Source of the DNA: Podarcis filfolensis
Taxonomy: Eukaryota
Reading direction: 5' to 3' (one strand)
NCBI GenBank assembly: GCA_964270895.1
Contig: OZ185440.1
DNA: 64,000 bases
A program made the position numbers and the translations under genes. Shown here piece by piece: positions 57,261 through 64,000 of this stretch. The notes below the pieces were generated by a model. That model was not told the origin of the DNA and did not search any database. It worked only from the letters and a program-made list of their open reading frames with translations. Numbering within the stretch: the stretch's first letter is position 1; each line of letters opens with the position of its first letter.

Positions 57261-60200
57261 TACAAGCTTGACCACTCATCTGTATATACATTAATATAAT
57301 TTTATGGTAGCTGTAGGCCTTCACACATAAATGAGTAGCATGAAGTAACGCTGGCACTTTAACAACATTTAGCAAGCACTTTAATATTCCCAATGTTCAG
57401 CTAAATAGGCACTTATCTCTGGATTTGGTCAGAAAACAGGTCTGTTGGTTCCTTTCAAGAATGAGTTTCTTAAAGAAAATAAACTTCTTCCCCCTCTTGA
57501 ACTAGAAATCTATCCGCTTCTAATGTTGATGCATGTATTGGTTTCATTTCCCACAAGACCTACATCCTCCATTTTTTCTAGCTTCTTTTTTTGGCATTGC
57601 GTTAGGATTCAAATGTCCATTATTGGATCTATGTTCCATTTTTTGGCTATCAGTAGTGCCAATGTTTTCTTCCATGCAACACAACACCAACTGCTACCTA
57701 TCTCTATTAATTTCCTTCAAGTATGGCACGTTTACTCTTTAAATCCAAATTTAACCAGCTTCTCTCTTCAAAGGGCCACCTTTTCCTATCCAGATGTTCA
57801 GATTTGGTAGCCAATAGCAAATGTTGTTCCTGGACATCTTTACTAAAATCCAACCCACCTAAAAGTCAACTCTCAAAGTACAATTTTGTAAATATATGTG
57901 CTTCTTTCAATTACAGAGCTACTGCGGAACTGTAATTTAGAAGGCTAAGGAGGTGATTAAAGAGATCTAATTTTACAAGCTTTTAACACCTTAACACAAT
58001 TTTGCCTATGTAAACTTTGGTTAGATGTTTAGCTTCATATCAAAGACATTGCAATATCATGAATACTGTGGGCAAAGAACCCACAAGGGGCTGGCAGTAT
58101 ATATGATCACCATTTTACTGAAGAAGGTATTATAGCAATGAAGACAGTTGAGTACAATTTTACAAGTGAGCAAGGGGAAGTGGGTTCACCACTCACTTAG
58201 GGGTCCATATAATCTGGCATCATGCTTTGAACACTTAAAAGAAAACTCATTGTTAAAGTATAGCCTGAGTCAGATCATACATTCTTGAATTCCCACAAAA
58301 ATCTGCATTTAATAAAATCATACTAATAGTGCACAGCTTCTGAGCAACCACATTCAAATTTTAAGTATTAGATTTCTTTACAATGCTGAACTTGATTACA
58401 CTTCAAAGAAAGTAATTTAGCTGCTTTACAGTGCAATAGAGTCAAAGAGGGAAATATTAATTTTTCTATGATCGTCATGCTGACAAGGGTACAGAAAACT
58501 AACACAGAGCATACAGTATTTCCCAAGAAGCACGGGTGAGGAACAATTAACAGGGTGCTGATTTGTTTCTGACACGTCGATAAATAATGGATAATTTAAT
58601 ATACACTGTTATAATATGGTTGCATCATCACAAAAACACAGATATAAATTTTACAGAGATGTAACTGCATTCAGATGACCAGATAGAGATATAAGGAGTT
58701 GTCATATGGAATAAGACCAATGGCTTACCTAGCCCTTTGTTGTTGTGGGAGAAAATGGTTGCTTGTTGTATATCAGCAATGGGTAAGGACAAAGCAAACA
58801 ATCAGCAGGGATACCTATTTTTGCCACCCCCTTCTCTCTCATACTTTCATCATTCATTCATTCATTTTTACTTTCACACAAGCCCCCAACCCGCAACTCA
58901 TCCATTCACACACCAAGTATATACCCCAGCCATCCACCCATCATTCATTATCTTACTCTTTCGCGCACACATCCATTCACACACATTCTTAAGTTTCCCT
59001 CCCATCCTTTGTCTGCCTCTTATAGTTCCTGTAATCCGAATTTATATAGGTTTACTTGGACATTAAGTCTCAAGGAGGCATTTCTGAAGCATCTTCCCAA
59101 CACCATTGTGGAGTTTTCCCTTTTCAGGACTGCACCAAGAAGTGTGGCAAAGCACATGATTCCCAGTAGAAATAAAATATTCACAAGAGGAGCAAGAGGA
59201 GCTTCTGGATCTCTATGTCACACCTGTGGTGTGGGGTGGGAGGCCATGAGAAGTCATCACAGAGGGCAGTGGCAAAGGTATCTTTCCTCTCCATGAAGTG
59301 TAGCAGCTAGAACAGATTTCTAAAGGATGTTACGCTGCTCTGTTAGGCTGAGTCTCCAAGCTCCAATGCCACTGCAGGGTTTATGGAAAGGAAGAGAGAT
59401 CCCTGAGTGCTACCAGATGCTGAACACATAAGGCCATGGATTACCCACCTGATTAGTGTCAGGAAGATGCATTTTCAAGTAAAAACAGGATTTCCCAATT
59501 GGTGTGTAGAGGAAAGGGTGGGGCAGCATTGAGTAAACCTGAGTTTTGCTACCTAGGTCACTGTGTGCAGAGGGGGAGGGAGAACCATAGTATCAAGATG
59601 GATCCTAAGAAGCACAATTGTTTTATTACTGCTTCACCTGTTCTTGACATGAACACTGTCATTGAAAACAGGTTGCATAATATAAATCCTGACCCAAATT
59701 ATATCATCAACCCTTTAATATTTTTTTGACTATGGCACTCAAGCTAATTGCTGCAGAATACACCAATTATATGTCTGAATTTAGGAGGATTTAAGGATTG
59801 TACCATAAATCAGTTAGGATTTTCTTCATTTTTAAAAAACATATATTCGCCTTTTTTGATACCAAGCATGTATGACGACGCTTTCAGAAAATACTTTAAT
59901 GTCAGAAATTTTGAGATGAAACCAGAAATCTAAAATTTAGACCACATATAATTTGATAACAAGTCAATTTTACTTTTCAATTTGTTAAAACAATCTGTTC
60001 CCAGTCTTAAATCCTAAATGCCAAGTTTCAACCCACAGAGACTTTTTTTCTTTATGCTCAAGTTATAAACCACTGTAAAATGCTGACAGACCCTTACTGT
60101 AGCAGGCCTAGTGGGTGCCCTATAATGAACTTCTAAATTACTTGAGATAATATCTAGAAAGCTTGGCCTTAAATATGTTTCTGGTTTTGAGGCCTTGCCA

Positions 60201-61173
60201 AAGAAAACACTGCACATCATAAGTCACCTTCATGAGTCTAAGAGTATAAACTGGAGACAAAGAGTGCAAAAACTAAATATTAGGTGTCTTTATTCTGCAA
60301 CTTTCCCCCTCATTTTTTCATTATGGAATAGTGCTTTAATACATAGTTAAGTTTAAGGAGTTCTGAAACCACAAAATGTGCATTGTAAGAAGAAATATGT
60401 GCATTGTTAAAACAGGAAAGCTTTCAGACTATTTACTACTTTAAGTGGTGGCGTCCAGGTGCATTTTAAAGTAAAACTGGCAAATTCTTGCAAAGGAATT
60501 TGAATCTTTTGTAGGATTACTTTAACTTAAACTTAAGTTGCAACTTATTTTGATGAACATTTGGCATGCTAAGGCAAAAGCAAAAAGCTCATTATCATTG
60601 CTAATGCTGCTGTTAGTACTACCAGGATGTCATGCTAGAATCTGTTCCAAGCCATTCAGCTGCAAAAATAAGAATTGAATGCAAGTAAAGAACCTTAGTT
60701 CCTCTTTTCCTTTTCTTTGGGGTAATGAAGATGGCAGCAAAAGAGGATGCAGGAGCATCTTTAAAATGAATCATTTCATCATATTGATTAATAAAAACAA
60801 GGAAAATGCAAATTGACTTTTCAGACAACAGAATTATGCTTTTTTATTATTTGGCAACCCACATGAAGCATATCAAAAAGTTAAAAGAGACATGAATGGA
60901 AATATTTGGTCATCAGCATTTCAAGCAGGAAGCAAAGGCCAGCAACTCATTTTGCTCAGCCAGCTTGCTTTTATTTCACCAAAGTTCTCAATGAAGCATT
61001 CATAGAAAGCTTTATCCAAACACATAGTGCTGAATGGATTGTGTTTTCTCTTTATTGTTCCACGGCATATATTCCTTTCCGAGTTAATAATATACAGAAG
61101 CAGGCAATAGGCATTAGGGTGGATATTTTCTGAAAGCTTAGCCATTTTCTTTCTTCCTTTTTTTCTCCCTTCC

Positions 61174-61176
<3 letters not shown>

Positions 61177-61249
<73 letters not shown>
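61177..61249. repeat. Compound (CT)n(CA)n microsatellite
   Basis: Read directly. Confidence 0.95.
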
Positions 61250-61419
61250 CACAGAAGCTGGATAGCTTCGCAGTGTCATACATCTCTATCAGCCTTTCTG
61301 ATTTATTTAGACTACCAACACCCAAGCCACAGGATGAAAAAGGAAAAGACAGTGTCCCTTTGCAGCCAGCATATCAGCTTCTGGGGTTCATTTATTATAT
61401 TTCTGTCACCCTTCAATTT

Positions 61420-61600
61420 AGGAGCTTAAGGTGGTATACATGGTTCCCTCCCTTCACTTTATCACAACCCTTTCATGTACATTAGACCAAGAAAGAGAGA
61501 AAGATGGGGACCGACTCACAGTTACCCAGTGAGCTTCATGGCCAAGTGGACAGTTGAATCTGTCTCCCTTGTCCTGGTCTGGCACTCAAACCATATACTC
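61420..61600 (-). mobile_element. tRNA-derived MIR/CORE-like SINE, degenerate
   Basis: ttacccagtgagcttcatggccaagtggacagttgaatctg...ctcaaaccat; related to 12715-12835. Confidence 0.55.
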
Positions 61601-63785
61601 TAACCTCACTGTATGTTTTGGGAGCAGAGAAACTTCCATATGAAGTTGCCCATTCTTTAAGTATAATATCTCCGTCGGAAGCCCTGCTCTAAGTGCCCAC
61701 ACCTTCAGAGGTTAGATAGGTGGCAACTCAGAACTGAATTTTCTCAGTGATGGCATCCCAATAATGAAATGCTCTTCTGGTGCCTGCTCTCTGAACCAGG
61801 TGAATACAGTTTCCTTCTTCAAAGCTTTAAATAGATAAGTTAATTTTGCCTTTTCCTGTCAACCACTATTTCTTCATTGAGTTTTGTTGTCCTGGATGAT
61901 TTATGATGAAAATCAAGTTTAAAGAAATGTTTTAAATAAATAAATGTCAATATTTGAAACAGGAAAGGAAGCAGAATAAAATTCCATGAAACCCCAGTCT
62001 CTGACCCCCACTGAAGGGAAAAGGCAGTAAAACAAGGGCAAAAGTATTTTAATAGTGCATTCCAGACAGCACATTCCTAAATGTATTAATTCAACTCAAT
62101 AATATCCCCTTAGCACAAAGTCAACTGTATAGCAGCAGAGTAATAGCCATGAGATGAACAGACACTGGAATTTATTTAAAAGTTAGAACAAATATATTTA
62201 TATTTATTCCTAATTTTCGTACAAAGAAAGTTAACAATATATGATGCCATATATGATTGAATGAATAATAACTCCTCACAAAAACAAACAAAAGCAGTTA
62301 CTCTCAGAGTGACTACCATTCTGAAATATTAAATGAGATTTCAAAAATGAAACATGACCAAACTTTAATGACATTATTTATTAATTTATGCTGCATCTTT
62401 TAAACTGAGATTTACTCTAGAATGGCCTTCAATATTTTCAAAGATGGTAAGGAGAACAAGCAAACTTTTAGCTGTCAATACAAAGTGAATTTTCTATCTG
62501 ACTATGCTCCTTTTGACAGTTTTCAATTCTGTGTTTTAGATTTTTCATACTGCTTTGTTTCTGAATGCATTTTAAAATTTCCAAAGAGCTTTGGTGACAA
62601 TTTTGATAAGTGAAAACTGGTGTGGAGGAATTACATTTTCTTTACTTGAAATCTGGTTTATAAAACAAGCAGGAGGTCTACACACTTGTTACTAATTTAT
62701 AAAATGTATCAGTTCCAAAATGGCCCAAAGCAAATGCACAAATTATAACAACAATTATGTTGTTAGAGGTACACACACACACACTGGTAGCATTTACAAA
62801 TGTATGATTAAAATAGAAGGTTCAACAACTGTATAAAAAAAGAAAAGGAAATCACAGTCTAGAAAAGCTATGTGCTACAAATTATTGTTTATAACAAATA
62901 AGTAATTTGTGGCTAGCATACAAAAATCTGTATCATCTTGTAACCTAAACTACTGAAAAACATCAAGGAATTTTGTTGTCGCTTTAGAAACCAAACTGTG
63001 TCTTATTCCAAACCTTAACTTGCTAAAAGTGTGTACAAATAGGTAGAGGTCTCCACTATGCGTATATAGATATATATTTGCATGTGTAGATATATCACAC
63101 ATACATAGAGGATGGAGAATAATGCAATGAAGCAGATTGTGTGTATATATAAATAAATGTATGTGCCTACCCATCTACATGAATAAAATGGCTGAAGAGT
63201 AATGCTATGAAGTCAAAGATAAGCAGTTATTTTTGACATTTTGACATACAATCACATTAGAATCTGCTTCTTATTAGCCCTTCCTTTGCCTGTTAAAGGT
63301 CTATTTTTTAAACCCCAAATGTCAGGAAATCTGGAACAGAAATGTACAATAAAACACGTCCCTTGGCCCTCTGATCTATTAATCTTTCAAATAAACCGAG
63401 ATAGCTGGATGAGCCAGGGCAAGGTTATTATATATAGCTACCTTGTGTGTAACGTCAGACATTCATTATACACACTGGGGTTTATAAGGGGAAAAACCTA
63501 ACCAAAGTCTGAAATAAGTTACACATTTTCTGAAACAGTTTAGCAGACTGGTGAATGGTACTTAGGTCAATTTCTTTGGTAGCTTTTGTTGTACGACCTT
63601 CACATTTTACGTCCTATATTACCCATAAATGAGACATTCAAGAAACACAAATTCTCAAACAAAAACACACACTCTATCAGTGGAAAAGCAAACAAAAGAG
63701 CTAATGTGCTGTAACTAAAAAAATTCTCAAACAAAGTCATAGTAATTTACTGCCTCAGCTACTCATGGGACCCCACAAATAGAAA

Positions 63786-63788
<3 letters not shown>

Positions 63789-63827
<39 letters not shown>
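63789..63827. repeat. (CA)n microsatellite
   Basis: Read directly. Confidence 0.95.
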
Positions 63828-63830
<3 letters not shown>

Positions 63831-64000
63831 CCATAAGGGGTACTTGATTTACTGAATATCCCTGTATAGCAAGAGAAAATGAAAAGGTAAATTGTGCATG
63901 AATATGAAAGCTGTAATTTTACCTCTTTTCACCACATGAAGCAATTTCACATTTAAAGATTTTGTGAGGAGAATCATGGATAATCTATGAACCACCACAG

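Noticed and set aside
60619-60700. Possible ROR1 exon 2 (AEWLGTDSSMTSW)
   Set aside because: Only vague similarity and no convincing 72-nt AG/GT-bounded exon in phase; exon 2 probably lies outside the window.

Overview
Vertebrate genomic DNA from a squamate, probably a lacertid lizard (inferred from a Sauria SINE, a BovB LINE and CR1/L2 fragments). Two syntenic genes lie in tandem on the minus strand. (1) ROR1: exons 3-9 (Ig, linker, Frizzled-like CRD, kringle, TM and pseudokinase domains), 56044 down to the stop at 21948, each internal exon bounded by AG/GT with consistent phases; exons 1-2 were not found and probably lie beyond 64000. (2) UBE2U, an E2 ubiquitin-conjugating enzyme that is testis-enriched in mammals: coding exons 1-7 from 14077 (or 14092) to 1243, with the C-terminal exons uncertain. 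The introns hold many MITEs (hAT-like with 8-bp TSDs, Tc1/mariner-like with TA TSDs), a truncated Tc1 transposon, LINE/SINE fragments and microsatellites. I found no prokaryotic-type system, CRISPR array or convincing novel protein-coding gene. The most unusual items are a young CpG-rich 7 x 99-bp hairpin-forming minisatellite inside a mariner/Tigger-type MITE next to ROR1 micro-exon 4, a Tyr-to-Phe change in the ROR1 activation-loop YxxxYY motif, and an RFX X-box/CCAAT/GC-box promoter for UBE2U. All comparisons to human sequences are from memory, not from a database search.
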